Below, piece by piece: positions 18,398 to 29,481 of a stretch of DNA of 64,000 nucleotides. The stretch spans positions 886,998 to 950,997 of the forward strand of contig OY969565.1 in NCBI GenBank assembly GCA_963701105.1, read 5' to 3'. The number at the start of each line of letters is the position of its first letter. Positions within the stretch are counted from its first letter, which is position 1. A program made the translations under genes and the position numbers. This stretch comes from an uncultured Actinomycetota bacterium. Lineage in GTDB: Bacteria; Actinomycetota; Thermoleophilia; RBG-16-64-13. Below the pieces are notes generated by a model. It was given only the letters and a program-made list of their open reading frames with translations, had not been told where the DNA came from and searched no databases.

Positions 18398-20257
18398 TCA
18401 GTCCAGTGCCAACTCCAGGTCGACCTTGCCCCGAGTCTTGTCCACCGACGTCACCCTGACGGTGACGAGATCGGCCAGCCGGAAGGCCGCGCCCGTGCGC
18501 CGACCAACAAGCGCCGACTCCAGGTCGTCGAGTTCGTAGAAGTCACCCGGCAGCGCGCGGGCGGGCAGGAAGCCCTGGAACAGCCGCTCGAACAGCACGA
18601 AGGCCCCGGCGTGGACGAAGCTCACGATCTGACCCTCGAAGGTGGTGTCCCAACCGTCGCGGTCGAGGCGGTCCTTGAGCAAGAAGGCCAGCGCGATATC
18701 GTCGGCGGTGAGTTCGATACGGGACGCCTCCCGCTCCTTGACGGAACAGTGCTCCGCCCACGTTCCCAGACTTGAAGTGGTTGGCAGCGGGGCCACACCC
18801 AGAGCCGCCAAGAGGCCGCGGTGCACGAGGAGATCGGGATAACGGCGTATGGGTGAGGTGAAGTGACAGTAGGTGCTCAGCGACAGCCCGAAGTGTCCGA
18901 TATTCTCGATCTGGTACACGGCCCGACTCTGGGCGCGCAGCACCTGCTGCTGCAGCGCCGCCTTGCCACGACCGGGAGGGGTCGACGAGTCGATCCATTC
19001 CGAGGTCTCGATCATGACCCGACGCACCTCGGCCGCGGTCGCCGTCATAGGGTCGAAGCGAGGCGTGGGTAGATTCAGCGACGCGAGTAGGTCGAGAAGA
19101 TGGTCGAGCCGAAAGGGATCGGGCGAGTCGTGCACGCGGTACACCGTCGGTATTCCTCTCCGCTCCAGATACGTCGCGACCTGCTCGTTGGCGAGCACCA
19201 TGTAGTCCTCGATGAAGCGGTGACTAGCCAGCTCTTCAGCGGGGTGAGCGTCCCGGACCCCTCCCTGTTCATCCCAGTGGAATTCCGGCTCGACGCTTGA
19301 TATCCGCAGCGATCCGCGCCGGTTCCTACGATTCCTGATAGCCTCGGCCAGCGGTTGGCCCACGGTCAGAGCTTCCGCCAGGGCCGAGGACGGCTTACCA
19401 GCGCCTCCGAAGATCGCCTCGAGTTCATCGTAGTCGAGGCGTGCGTCGCTCATGATCTTGGACCGGTAGAAGCGCACCGACCGGACCTCGGCATCGCGGG
19501 ACAGTGTCATCTCCACCGTGACGGCCTTGCGCTCCCGCCCGGGTTGAAGCGAGCATACGTCGGACGAGAGCACCGAAGGAAGCATCGGCTCCACTCCGGT
19601 GGCCACGTACACCGAGGTCGTGCGGCGGAGGGCCTCCTGATCCACAAGGCCGCCCTCCGGGACGTAGTAAGCTACGTCGGCGATATGGACGTAGACCACC
19701 ACGTCGTCCCCGGCGGTCTCGAACGAAAGCGCGTCGTCGAAATCCTGCGCCGTGGCGGGGTCCACGGTGAACGTGAATAGACTTGTCAGGTCCACCCTGT
19801 CGGCGTCCTCAACGGTGCGCGCCGCAGTGCTGTCCGAGGCGGCCGCCAGGACTTCTGAGGAGAACCCCCGCTGCTGCAGGCGCTCGAAGAGGAGTCCGTC
19901 GAGGACATCGCGCAAGACCTCGACGCTGCCGATGACCTTGGTGATACGGGCGCGTCTTCCGTGCGAGTAGGCGAAGACCACGAGGTCGCCGGAACGCGGC
20001 TTGATGCCCTCACGGCCCACGAGCATGCTCGGCACCGGCTGAAAGAGCGGTTCGATCTCCATGTGCTTCCCGCGACGCACCACCGCCCCCACCGTGGCGA
20101 CCCGCTGCTCAGCACCCTGCGCTTTTGCCTTGGAGGCGGCGCGGGCGGAGCCGCGCGCGATGCCTCCGCCGATCTTCCGCCCGCGGGTCGCCGCCGCTGA
20201 CCTCTGTGCTTTGGCGTGTCGAGCGCTGCGGCTCAGTTTCTTGGGCTTCGGCATCAC
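18398..20257 (-). CDS. rnr: Ribonuclease R (RNase II/R family, RNB + C-terminal S1 domain)
   Basis: 619 aa with a basic N-terminal tail. RNB motifs ([28 protein letters not shown]) and an S1-like C-terminus. Sits next to smpB. Confidence 0.9.
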   Translation of the reverse strand: MMPKPKKLSRSARHAKAQRSAAATRGRKIGGGIARGSARAASKAKAQGAEQRVATVGAVVRRGKHMEIEPLFQPVPSMLVGREGIKPRSGDLVVFAYSHGRRARITKVIGSVEVLRDVLDGLLFERLQQRGFSSEVLAAASDSTAARTVEDADRVDLTSLFTFTVDPATAQDFDDALSFETAGDDVVVYVHIADVAYYVPEGGLVDQEALRRTTSVYVATGVEPMLPSVLSSDVCSLQPGRERKAVTVEMTLSRDAEVRSVRFYRSKIMSDARLDYDELEAIFGGAGKPSSALAEALTVGQPLAEAIRNRRNRRGSLRISSVEPEFHWDEQGGVRDAHPAEELASHRFIEDYMVLANEQVATYLERRGIPTVYRVHDSPDPFRLDHLLDLLASLNLPTPRFDPMTATAAEVRRVMIETSEWIDSSTPPGRGKAALQQQVLRAQSRAVYQIENIGHFGLSLSTYCHFTSPIRRYPDLLVHRGLLAALGVAPLPTTSSLGTWAEHCSVKEREASRIELTADDIALAFLLKDRLDRDGWDTTFEGQIVSFVHAGAFVLFERLFQGFLPARALPGDFYELDDLESALVGRRTGAAFRLADLVTVRVTSVDKTRGKVDLELALD

Positions 20258-20281
20258 GGTCTCCCTTGTTTGGACCGACCG

Positions 20282-21241
20282 CTAGTCCTGCGGGTCGAGA
20301 TCTGGGCGCGGATCGGTGGGGCGCAGCTCCATGCTGACCCACTCCGTCTCGTGGATGCGGCGTCCGACGACCAGGCCCAGCCGGGCGGCTTCGGCCGCCA
20401 CTGCCGTCTCCTGCTCGCCCGCCAGGATGCCGGACACCAGCAGTCGACGGAAAACCACGCCCGCGTTCTCCACGCGGGACAAGAGGGCGAGCACGGGCTC
20501 GAGCGTCAAGTTGGCCAGGACGGTCGCGCCATCGAACCAGGTTGGCGGCGCCTCCTCCAGACCGGCTAGTTCCGCGCGCACCTCGACCCGGTTCCCGGCG
20601 GCGTTCGAGCGCGCGGCCGTCACGGCCAGAGGATCGTTGTCGAAGGCCACGACGGGCCCGAAACCGAGCTTGGCCGCGCAGATCGCAAGGATGCCGGATC
20701 CGGTACCCACGTCCACCAGGGGCCCCGACGGTGGTTCATCCTGCATAAGAGACAGCACCCCTCTCGTGGTGGGATGGAGCCCGGTTCCGAAAGCAAGCCC
20801 GGGGGTGAGCACCACATCCAGCAGATCCCCATCGAGGGAGGGCCCGAGAGAACCCGCGGCGGCAGCGGTCCCGGCCACGGTGGCGACTCCCCGGGTGTCC
20901 GAGTCCGGGGGTGGCGGTGGTTCTTCCCACGGAGGGCGGATGTAGAGCCGGCCGATGGCTATGGGCTTGAAGTGGTCTTTCCACCCTTCCTCCCAGCCTG
21001 CCGGCACCAGCAGTCGCTCAATAGAGACGGACTCTAGCAAAGAGGGATCGTCGGGCAACTGGGCGATGATCTTCTCGTCTTCCACGAACCCGGTGCCGTA
21101 GCGGAACGGGTAGAAGATCATGTGGCGGCGCCCGCCCTCATCGAGTTCCTGGAACGGACCGAGAACATCCACCAACACCGCTCCTACGATCTCGGCCCAT
21201 TCTTCGGGCACCGAGACGCGGACGGCGGGATCGGCGCCCAT
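20282..21241 (-). CDS. prmA: Ribosomal protein L11 methyltransferase PrmA
   Basis: This is the C-terminal 319 aa of listed ORF 20282..22360. PrmA motifs: [38 protein letters not shown] 21241 sits in a TGATG stop/start context. Confidence 0.85.
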   Translation of the reverse strand: MGADPAVRVSVPEEWAEIVGAVLVDVLGPFQELDEGGRRHMIFYPFRYGTGFVEDEKIIAQLPDDPSLLESVSIERLLVPAGWEEGWKDHFKPIAIGRLYIRPPWEEPPPPPDSDTRGVATVAGTAAAAGSLGPSLDGDLLDVVLTPGLAFGTGLHPTTRGVLSLMQDEPPSGPLVDVGTGSGILAICAAKLGFGPVVAFDNDPLAVTAARSNAAGNRVEVRAELAGLEEAPPTWFDGATVLANLTLEPVLALLSRVENAGVVFRRLLVSGILAGEQETAVAAEAARLGLVVGRRIHETEWVSMELRPTDPRPDLDPQD

Positions 21242-22360
21242 CAGCCGGTGAAGAAGGTCTTCAGCCGGTCGAGGACGCCGTCGTGCTTGGGCGAGTAGTG
21301 CATCATCGCCGCAGCAGTCTTCGAGTTCTCGCAACAGGTCTTTCTGCTCGGAAGTCAGATTCCGGGGGATCATGACGTTGACGATCACGTGCTGGTCACC
21401 GCGGCCGCTCCTGCGGAGGCGGGGAACCCCACGTCCGCGCAGGACCTTGACTTCGTTGGGCTGAGTGCCCGGTGCCAAAACCATCTCTTCTTCACCGTCA
21501 AGGGTCGGCACCGTGACTTTGGTGCCCAAGGCGGCTTGGGTCATCGTGACGTCGAGGTTGTAGATGATGTCGTCGCCTTGGCGCACGAACTCCGGATGCT
21601 CCGCCACCGAGACCTGCACGTAGAGGTCGCCCGGCGGGCCCCCACGCGAGCCGACACCGCCTTGCCCGGTCAGCCGGATGCGCTGGCCGTCGGCGATGCC
21701 GGCGGGGATCTCCACAGACACGGTCTTGGTGCTCCGGACGCGACCCCGGCCACCGCATTTCGGACAGGGGCGCTCGATTATGCGCCCTTCTCCCCGACAC
21801 CGCGGACAGGTGCCGGACTGTACGAACTGACCAAACGCCGTGCGACGCACGCTGCGCACCTGACCGGAGCCACCGCAATCCGGACACGAGGAGATCGCAT
21901 CCGCGTCTTCCGCCCCCGACCCGCCGCACTCAGGGCAGGTGTCCAGGAGTTGGAACTCCACCTCGCGAGAGACCCCGAAAGCCGCCTCGGTCAGGTCGAG
22001 TTCAACGGCCACGCCGATGTCGTCCCCCCTGACCGCGGCGCTGCGCCGGGCGCCGCCTCCGCCGAAGATGTCGCCGCCGAAAAACGACTCGAAGATGTCG
22101 GATAGGTCGGTGAAACCTCCGCCGCGGGCTCCCCCGCCGCGTAGGCCCTCGTGCCCGTAGGCGTCGTAGGTGCGGCGCGTATCGGCGTCGCTCAACACTT
22201 CATAGGCTTCCGTCGCCTCTTTGAACTTGCTCTCCGCCTCGGGGTCGTGGCCGTTGACGTCGGGGTGCAGGGCCCGCGCCAGAGAACGGTAAGCCTTCTT
22301 GATCTGCTGGATATCTGCGTTCCGCGGGATGCCCAGGACTTCGTAGTAGTCACGTTTCAT
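21241..22360 (-). CDS. dnaJ: Chaperone DnaJ (frame runs into prmA; apparent 1-nt indel near 21322)
   Basis: J domain with HPD, a G/F-rich region, and four CxxCxGxG zinc motifs. A canonical C-terminal tail ([14 protein letters not shown], then stop) exists only in the +1 frame. That frame ends at a TGA overlapping the prmA ATG. Confidence 0.88.
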
Positions 22361-23385
22361 TCGTAGCGCCCTTCAAGGAGTTCGGAGAGGAGTTGGGCCG
22401 CGCCGCGCACCGTGCTGATGGCATTCTGGTAATCCATCCTCACCGGCCCGATCAGACTGACGGATCCTACGTTCCGCTGGGGCAGGCCATAGGATGATGC
22501 GACCATGCTGAAGCCGCGGAGAGCTTCGGTCGGATGCTCGTCCCCTATGCGCACCACCACCCGCCCGGAAGCGAGCACGGAGCGCAAAGAATGCAGGAGT
22601 TGGAAACGTTCCTCGAGCAGGAGGAGCAACTCACGAAGGTTCTCGAAGTCCTGACCCGGTTGATCGGAGAGGAGGCGGGAGGCTCCCCCCACGTAAAGAC
22701 CCTCGCCGGCCTGCTCATCTAAGAGGCGTTCGAACGCCGGGACGAGAGTGCCCAGGAACTGCGTCTCCCTACTCTTCAGTTCGGGATTATCGAGCGTGCG
22801 ACGCACGAGCCGGTCGGTGATGATGCGCTGCCCCAGAGACTCGTTCAGATACGTGCGCGCCCACTCGACCATGCCGGGGTCTACCGCCTCGGGGTAGTCG
22901 ACGACCCATTTCGCTACGCGCCCGGTGGACACGATGATGACCACCATGACCAAGCGGGGTTGGAGAAGCAGCAGCTCGATGTGTCGCACGGTCGCTCCGC
23001 TCGTGCGTGGAGCAAGGACCAGCGCCAACAGGTTCGTGGCTTCCGCCATCGCTTCACTGATCTGGCGTAGGGCGACGTCCACTTCTTTCTCGAGGAGGTC
23101 GAATCCCAGCGGCGCCACCTCGGTCTCCCGCCCCCCCACCACGGCCATCAACCCATCGACGAAGGATCGGTAGCCCATCTGTGTGGGGAGTCTCCCGGCC
23201 GACGTGTGGGGGTGTGTGAGGTACCCCTGCTCCTCGAGCACGGCGAAATCGTTGCGGACGGTGGAAGCAGACACTCGGACGCTCACTCCCTGGGCCACCT
23301 CACGCGAGGAAACCGGCTGACCGGAGCGGATGTACCGCTCGGTCACGAGCTTCAGGATCTCGTTCTGTCTGTGTGTGAGGCTCAT
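22357..23385 (-). CDS. hrcA: Heat-inducible transcription repressor HrcA
   Basis: 342 aa. N-terminal winged helix ([25 protein letters not shown]) and HrcA C-terminal domain. Its ATGA overlaps dnaJ. Confidence 0.92.
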   Translation of the reverse strand: MSLTHRQNEILKLVTERYIRSGQPVSSREVAQGVSVRVSASTVRNDFAVLEEQGYLTHPHTSAGRLPTQMGYRSFVDGLMAVVGGRETEVAPLGFDLLEKEVDVALRQISEAMAEATNLLALVLAPRTSGATVRHIELLLLQPRLVMVVIIVSTGRVAKWVVDYPEAVDPGMVEWARTYLNESLGQRIITDRLVRRTLDNPELKSRETQFLGTLVPAFERLLDEQAGEGLYVGGASRLLSDQPGQDFENLRELLLLLEERFQLLHSLRSVLASGRVVVRIGDEHPTEALRGFSMVASSYGLPQRNVGSVSLIGPVRMDYQNAISTVRGAAQLLSELLEGRYE

Positions 23386-23502
23386 CTCATATCCTCAGAG
23401 CATAGTTCCAAACCGCTGATCGGCCGCAGAGCGCGGAAAGTGAGCATCTGCGTCCGCGGTGGGCCCACAGCTCTGGTAGGGGACCGCCCGGCGCCGGAAG
23501 CA

Positions 23503-24666
23503 CTACTCCGGCGAGCGCAGGATGGCCGCCAGAACGGCGTTGCCAAGATCCAGGCCCCGCGGGCTCAGCCGAATTGTAGCACAGCCCTTCTCCACCAGAC
23601 CCAGTTCGACACAGCGCGCCAGCTCCTCCTCGTCGACCACTCCTGCCAGGACTTCCTCGGATATCCCATCAGCCGTGCGCAGTCCCAGCATGACGCGTTC
23701 GAAGCGACGCACCGCCGGCCCGAGGAACTCCACTTCGGCCGGCTCGCCCGCCAGATAGGCGGCTACCGAGCGCGGCTGAGTCCAACGAGTGTCCCCTACG
23801 GTGCTCACAGCCGCAGTCCCCAGCCCCACGTAATCCTCGCCGCGCCAGTAGCCCAGGTTGTGACGCGACTCGTGGCCGGTCAATGCGTAGTTGGACACCT
23901 CATAGCGTCGGTAACCGGCGGCACACAACCGATCGGTCACGGTCGCGTAGTGGGCATCTGCGAACTCTTCGGCCGCCGCGCGCGCGGGCGGCCCCTGCAC
24001 CGACTCCAGACGTCGCGCGAAGCGGTCGGTGTAGGTGAGGTCGTACACGGAGATGTGCGGCGGTCGCGCAGCGACCGCCGCCGCAAGGTCGTCCTCGAGC
24101 GCCGAGAGATCCTGCCCGGGTATGCCGAACACCAGATCGAGGCTCCACTCGTCCCATCCGTTACGGGCGATGGCGGCAAGTGCGCCCGCCGCCGCCCCGG
24201 GAGGCGTCCTACGGCCAAGCGCGGCGAGACCCGAAGGCAGGAAGCTCTGCACGCCCACCGATATCCGCGTGACTCGGTGAAGCCTGAAGAGACCCAGGGT
24301 ATCGTCGTTGAGGGACTCGGGATTCGCCTCCACCGTGAACTCCGAGTCGCTCCCCACGAGCCGGTCCAGGTCGGTAAGGAGTTCGTCGAGCAGGCGTGGG
24401 GGCAGAGCCGTGGGGGTCCCTCCACCCACGTAGACCGTGTCCAGGGGGCGTTCGAGTAGGGGCTCCAGCAAAGCAAGCTCCCGCCTGAGAGCCTTGACGT
24501 AGGAATCGAGCGCGCCGGAACGGAGGTGGGGACCGATCGTCTCCGAGGCGAAATCGCAGTATGCACAGCGGGTGCGACAGAAGGGCAGGTGCACGTAGAG
24601 ATGCCTCGCCCGGTGCGACGCCGCCGACGAGGCAAAGCGCAGCCCCGGGTGATCAGCGGTCGCCAT
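23503..24666 (-). CDS. hemW: Radical SAM heme chaperone HemW (HemN-like)
   Basis: ORF 23503..24738. Radical SAM motif HLPFCRTRCAYCDF. Five in-frame ATGs (24738, 24720, 24702, 24684, 24666) lie inside an 18-bp tandem repeat. The most downstream one was chosen; uncertain. Confidence 0.85.
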   Translation of the reverse strand: MATADHPGLRFASSAASHRARHLYVHLPFCRTRCAYCDFASETIGPHLRSGALDSYVKALRRELALLEPLLERPLDTVYVGGGTPTALPPRLLDELLTDLDRLVGSDSEFTVEANPESLNDDTLGLFRLHRVTRISVGVQSFLPSGLAALGRRTPPGAAAGALAAIARNGWDEWSLDLVFGIPGQDLSALEDDLAAAVAARPPHISVYDLTYTDRFARRLESVQGPPARAAAEEFADAHYATVTDRLCAAGYRRYEVSNYALTGHESRHNLGYWRGEDYVGLGTAAVSTVGDTRWTQPRSVAAYLAGEPAEVEFLGPAVRRFERVMLGLRTADGISEEVLAGVVDEEELARCVELGLVEKGCATIRLSPRGLDLGNAVLAAILRSPE

Positions 24667-25144
24667 GTCCGCCCTGGTCGCCATGTCCGCGGTGGTCGCC
24701 ATGTCCGCGGTGGTCGCCATGTGCGCCCTGGTCGCCATGTGCGCCGCCGCGGTCCGAGTCTATGAGGTACCGCCTGAGGCGATACGCACTCCACCCGGCC
24801 AGCACCGCCGCTAAGACGACGGGCGCGGCGCGCTCGTCCAGGAACGAAACCATGGTCGCGAGTGAGTAGAGCACGAGACCCCATCCCGCCAGCCACGCCG
24901 CCACGCTCCCCGCGTTCTCAGTCCCTGCGGTGAGCCTATAGATGACCGAGATCCCCAGCAGGACCAGCCCCCAGGTGAGCCGCAGGGCATCTTGAACCGG
25001 GCCAAAACCATCCTGGGAGAACAGCCCCAAACGTACCAGGGTGCGGGCCCCGGCTTCGGCAGCCACTACACCGAACGCCACGAACGCGGCACAGGCGAGG
25101 ACGGTCCACACCAGGGCCGTCACCACCTGCTCCGCCCGCTTCAT
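24653..25144 (-). CDS. Hypothetical integral membrane protein with His/Gly/Asp-repeat C-terminal tail
   Basis: 163 aa with about 4 TM helices. GGAGG lies 4 nt before the ATG. The gene fills the lepA-hemW gap on the same strand. Confidence 0.55.
   Translation of the reverse strand: MKRAEQVVTALVWTVLACAAFVAFGVVAAEAGARTLVRLGLFSQDGFGPVQDALRLTWGLVLLGISVIYRLTAGTENAGSVAAWLAGWGLVLYSLATMVSFLDERAAPVVLAAVLAGWSAYRLRRYLIDSDRGGAHGDQGAHGDHRGHGDHRGHGDQGGHGDR
24659..24748. repeat. 18-bp tandem repeat x5 (ggtcgccatgtccgcnnt)
   Basis: Read directly from the sequence: units at 24659, 24677, 24695, 24713 and 24731. They encode the (G/R)(A/G)HGD(Q/H/R) tail of the upstream membrane ORF, and MAT(T/R)AD repeats in the hemW frame. 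Confidence 0.9.
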
Positions 25145-25165
25145 CGTTCCTCCAGCCGCATCGGG

Positions 25166-25357
25166 CTACCGGCCCAGGACCCCCGCCACCAACAAGACCA
25201 CGCCGAGACCCATGGCTACGTAGCCCAACATCCCGCTCCACGCGCCGGCCATCCCTCCACGACTCTGCTGTTCTGAAGGCAGATAGCGCCGCATCCTGCG
25301 CTGCACCAGCCCGCCGACGATCAAGACGGCCCCCACGATGAGGTACTCGACGGTCAT
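25166..25357 (-). CDS. Hypothetical small membrane protein (2 TM)
   Basis: 63 aa. Its ATG shares one nt with the lepA TGA (TGATG). Two hydrophobic helices. Confidence 0.5.
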   Translation of the reverse strand: MTVEYLIVGAVLIVGGLVQRRMRRYLPSEQQSRGGMAGAWSGMLGYVAMGLGVVLLVAGVLGR

Positions 25358-27165
25358 CAGCGCTTCTCGTCGAGATCGAGAACGGCGAGGAAGGCTTCCT
25401 GCGGGATCTCGACACTGCCCACCGTCTTCATCCGCTTCTTGCCCGCCTTCTGTTTCTCGAGCAGTTTCCTCTTACGGGTTATGTCCCCCCCGTAGCACTT
25501 CGCCAGCACGTCTTTGCGCAGGGCCCGCACCGTCTCTCGGGCGACGATGCGGCTCCCCACCGCAGCCTGGATGGCCACCTCGTACATCTGGCGAGGTATC
25601 TGCTTGCGCAGCCGTTCGACCAGGGCCCGGCCCACCGGGTAGGCTTTGTCCTTGTGGACGATGAGGCTGAGCGCATCCACGGGTTCGCCGGCGATGAGGA
25701 TATCGAGGCGCACCATATCCCCGGGCTCGAAATCCTTCATCTCGTAGTCGAGCGAGGCGTAGCCCTTGGTGCGAGTCTTGAGCAGGTCGAAGAAGTCGAG
25801 AACTATCTCCGCCAGCGGAAGGTCATAGACGAGCCGGACACGGTCGGCGGACAGGTATTCCATGTCCCGGAAGGTGCCACGCTTCTCCTGGCAGAGCTCC
25901 ATGACACTCCCCACGTACTCGCTGGGGGTCAGGACCGAGGCCGAGATGTAGGGCTCGCGCACCTCGGCGATGAGTCCGGCGTCCGGAAAATCGACAGGGT
26001 TACTCACGCCTACCACAGCCCCGGTGACCAGTTCCACCTCGTACTTCACGTTAGGAGTGGTCGCGAGCAGCTCCAGCCCGAACTCACGTTCGAGACGCTC
26101 GCGCACGATCTCCATGTGGAGCAGGCCGAGAAAACCGCAGCGGAAGCCGAAGCCCAGGGCTCGAGACGTCTCCGGTTCCCAGTGCAGAGAGGCATCGTTC
26201 AGCGTGAGCTTTTCCAGGGCCTCCTTGAGCTCGGGGTAGTCGTCACCCTCGATAGGAAAGAGGCCGCAGAACACCATGGGCACCGCCTCGCGATACCCAG
26301 GCAGGGGCTCCCGGGCCGGATGGTCGGAGTGTGTGAGCGTATCGCCCACGCGCAGGTGGGCCACCTCCTTCACCCCGGTGATTATGTAGCCCACCTCTCC
26401 GGCGCTCAGCAGGTCGGTCTTGAGCATATCGGGACTGAATATGCCCACCTCCTCCACCTCGCTCTTGCGCTGGGTGGCGAAGGTGCGGATGACGTCGTTG
26501 CGCTTGAAGGTCCCGTCCACGACGCGCACGAAGGCCACGACCCCGCGATACTGGTCGTAGAAAGAATCGAAGATCAGCGCACGGGCCGGACCGCCTGTGT
26601 TCCCGCTCGGGGGCGGAACCCGCCGCACCACGGCCTCCATGACCTCCGTCACTCCCTGACCCGTCTTCGCTGAGATATGCAGGATGTCGTCGATGTCGCA
26701 GCCGATGAGCGCGACGATCTCCTCGGCCCGCAACGCCGGCTCGGCCCCAGGCAGATCGATCTTGTTCAGCACCGGGATGATCTCGAGGTCGTTCTCGAGA
26801 GCCAGATAGGTATTCGCCAAGGTCTGGGCCTCGATGCCCTGGCTCGCATCGACCACCAGGATCGCTCCTTCGCACGCGGCCAGACTGCGCGACACCTCAT
26901 AGCTGAAATCCACGTGCCCGGGGGTGTCTATGAGGTTGAACTGGTACTCGCGTCCGTCGAGAGCCCGATAGTAGACGCGGACCGCCTGAGCCTTGATGGT
27001 GATCCCCCGCTCGCGCTCGATATCCATACGGTCGAGCACCTGCTCACGCATCTCCCGCTCGGCGACGGTATGGGTGAGTTGCAGGATGCGGTCGGCCAGG
27101 GTGGATTTACCGTGGTCGATGTGGGCGATGATGGAGAAATTGCGGATGTGGTCGAAACCTGGCAT
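25357..27165 (-). CDS. lepA: Translation elongation factor 4 (LepA)
   Basis: 602 aa. G domain ([21 protein letters not shown]) and the LepA-specific C-terminal domain. Confidence 0.95.
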   Translation of the reverse strand: MPGFDHIRNFSIIAHIDHGKSTLADRILQLTHTVAEREMREQVLDRMDIERERGITIKAQAVRVYYRALDGREYQFNLIDTPGHVDFSYEVSRSLAACEGAILVVDASQGIEAQTLANTYLALENDLEIIPVLNKIDLPGAEPALRAEEIVALIGCDIDDILHISAKTGQGVTEVMEAVVRRVPPPSGNTGGPARALIFDSFYDQYRGVVAFVRVVDGTFKRNDVIRTFATQRKSEVEEVGIFSPDMLKTDLLSAGEVGYIITGVKEVAHLRVGDTLTHSDHPAREPLPGYREAVPMVFCGLFPIEGDDYPELKEALEKLTLNDASLHWEPETSRALGFGFRCGFLGLLHMEIVRERLEREFGLELLATTPNVKYEVELVTGAVVGVSNPVDFPDAGLIAEVREPYISASVLTPSEYVGSVMELCQEKRGTFRDMEYLSADRVRLVYDLPLAEIVLDFFDLLKTRTKGYASLDYEMKDFEPGDMVRLDILIAGEPVDALSLIVHKDKAYPVGRALVERLRKQIPRQMYEVAIQAAVGSRIVARETVRALRKDVLAKCYGGDITRKRKLLEKQKAGKKRMKTVGSVEIPQEAFLAVLDLDEKR

Positions 27166-27324
27166 GGCGACGTATTGTACCCCAGCCGGAATCCACTCAG
27201 CGTGGACCAGGCTAAGCAGGCGCGGCGACCGGTGCGGCTACGGCCGGTCGGCCGGCCGGCGGGTGGGAGCGCTACGGTCTGCCGCGGCTACGGCCGGCGG
27301 GAGCGGCGGGAGCAGCGCGACCCG

Positions 27325-28945
27325 CTACGGGAGATCTTCGCGCTCCTGGCTGATGACCTCCTGCGTTGAAGACGCCTCACGCCTGCGCCGCACGACCGCC
27401 AGCACCTCGCGCAACTCGTCCATGCGCATGATGCGCGCCATCACCGCATATGCCAGGAAACCGGAGGCGTAGGCCGCCCCCACGGATACGAGCTGCGCCG
27501 GCACTGACCGGCCGAGCCAGCCGTCCAAGGACCACCAGACGGCATACGAGGCGATGCACAAGGGCGCGAGAGCCAGGAGGGATTTGACTCCCGAGGCCGC
27601 GACCCGCCGTCCGTCGACCGACCCGATCTGCCGTCGCAGCAAGAACATGAGTCCGAAGAAATTGAACGTCGAGACGATGGCGGTGGCCAGGGTCACGCCG
27701 CCCACGCCGAGCGGCTTGTAGAGCAGCAGACTCATTCCCGTGTAGAGCACGAGGTTGGCGACGCCCACGATAAGGGGCAGCCAAGCCTTCTGGATGCCGT
27801 AGAAGGCCCGGTTGAGAAGGGTATTGGCGCTGACGAAGGCCATTCCCAAGCTGAAGAAGGCCAAAGCCCAGGCCACGTCGGTCGTGTCGCCGGACTTGGA
27901 ACTTACCGTGCTCGAACACCAGGCGCACAGTGGGAACCCCGAGGACCACGAAGAACGCGGCAAAAGGCAGTGTGACGAAGAAGATCTGGCGGAGTCCGCT
28001 CGACAGGGCCACTCGGAAGTCGTCCATCCTGCCGGCGTTGGCGAACCGCGAAAGTGCGGGGAACAGCACGGTGCCGATGGCCACGGCGAACATCCCCTGG
28101 GGCAATTGGAAGAGACGAAAGGCCTTGTCGATGACAGCCGGGGCGGGCTCGCTGATGTAGCTCGCTACGATAGTGCCCACGAGGGCGTTGAAGTTCACAA
28201 TGCCCAGCGTGAGCATGACCGGCCCCAGCAGACGACCTACCTGCCGCACCGCCGGGTCGCGAAAGTCAAGACGCAGACCGAGGGAATCCCGGCGTCTCCA
28301 CACCGCCGGCATCTGGATCACCAGTTGTGCCACGGTCCCCGCGACGGTCCCCCACGCAAGTATGTAGAAGGCGCGATCGCCGCCGGTGTCGGCTGCGAAG
28401 AAGACCACCGACCCGATGATAATCAGGTTCCACACGATGGGCGCGAGCGCGGGCAAGGTGAAATGGTCGTAGGAGTTCAGCACTCCCATGAAGATGCCGG
28501 TGACCCCCAACAGAACCACCGTCGGGAACATGACCCGGGTGAGACCGATGGCCAGATCGATGGTGGCTGGGTCCCGATAACCGGGGGCGGCGACGCTGAT
28601 GACCTCCGGGGCGAACACCATGCCGAGGGCGCTGATGGCCCCTAAGAGCACCACAGCAAGGAAGGTGACGGTCGTCACCAGTTGCCACGCCTCCCGGCGA
28701 CGGTCCTCGGACAACAGGCCGGAGAATACCGGGATGAAGGCTGCGCTCAACGCCGTGTCCGCCACGAGGGTGCGGATCAGACTGGGCACCTTGAAGGCCA
28801 CCGTGAAGGCGCCCATCTGGGGACCGAGTCCCAGGTAGCTCAGCATCACCTGCTCGCGGACGAGGCCGAGCACCCGCGAACCGGCGGTCGCGGCCATCAG
28901 GAAGGCGGCGGCCACCGCCAGACGACGTGTACCCTCTTTGCCCAT
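27325..28945 (-). pseudogene. murJ: Lipid II flippase MurJ (MviN), reading frame broken by one extra nt near 27898
   Basis: The N-terminal ~349 aa (ORF 27377..28945, up to VFEHGKF) and the C-terminal ~190 aa (ORF 27325..27963, from KSGDTTDVAWALAFFSLG) are both MurJ-like, in frames offset by 1. This is either a real pseudogene or an assembly indel. Confidence 0.8.
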
Positions 28946-29013
28946 GGATGGAGGCTATGCTAAACTCCTGCGGCCCCGAAGGGAAGAAGGTACCAAGGAT
29001 GAGGAGGTGATCA

Positions 29014-29274
29014 ATGGCCAACAGCCCGCAGCAACGTAAACGTGTCCGCATCGCCGAGCGGCAGCGCTTGGAGAACCTGCGGTACAAATCGTCTGTGAAG
29101 ACGCTGTTCCGCAGCCTCAAAGCCTCCGTCTCCTCAGGCGACGAAGAGTCAGCCAAACAGGTAGCCACCAAGCTGACTTCGACGATCGACAAGGCCGCCG
29201 CCCACAACGCGCTGCACAAGAACAACGCCGCCCGCAAGAAGGCGCAGGTCAGCCGCCTCATCGCCCAGCTCTAA
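29014..29274 (+). CDS. rpsT: 30S ribosomal protein S20
   Basis: 86 aa (MANSPQQRKRVRIAERQRLENLRYKS ... HKNNAARKKAQVSRL). GAGGAGG Shine-Dalgarno upstream. Confidence 0.93.
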   Translation: MANSPQQRKRVRIAERQRLENLRYKSSVKTLFRSLKASVSSGDEESAKQVATKLTSTIDKAAAHNALHKNNAARKKAQVSRLIAQL

Positions 29275-29361
29275 GGCGGACCCGCTCTCCCGCTCCAAAC
29301 CAGCCGCACCAGATCGCTGTGGTCTGAGCCCATGAGACCCATGTGGTCCGAGAGATTATTC

Positions 29362-29387
29362 GAAACGCCCCGATACCGGGGCGTTTC
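29362..29387. terminator. Stem-loop GAAACGCCCCG-ATAC-CGGGGCGTTTC between convergent rpsT and holA
   Basis: Perfect 11-bp stem read from the sequence. The T tract is weak (TTTCTGCGTT). Confidence 0.45.
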
Positions 29388-29481
29388 TGCGTTCCGGACG
29401 CGAAGCCGGCCGGCCGAGCATCGCTCCGGGCATGCGGTCGGACGGCGAGAACGGCGCGGCGCCGGCATCGGGCCGGGAGCG

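Noticed and set aside
23386-23502. Searched for a CIRCE operator (TTAGCACTC-N9-GAGTGCTAA) or HAIR element upstream of hrcA.
   Set aside because: No matching inverted repeat is present in the 117-nt hemW-hrcA spacer. hrcA may be co-transcribed with hemW and the operator may lie elsewhere (for example at groES/groEL).
27234-27305. Duplicated GCGGCTACGGCCGG motif upstream of lepA.
   Set aside because: There are only two short, GC-rich copies, which is expected by chance at this base composition. No associated structure was found.
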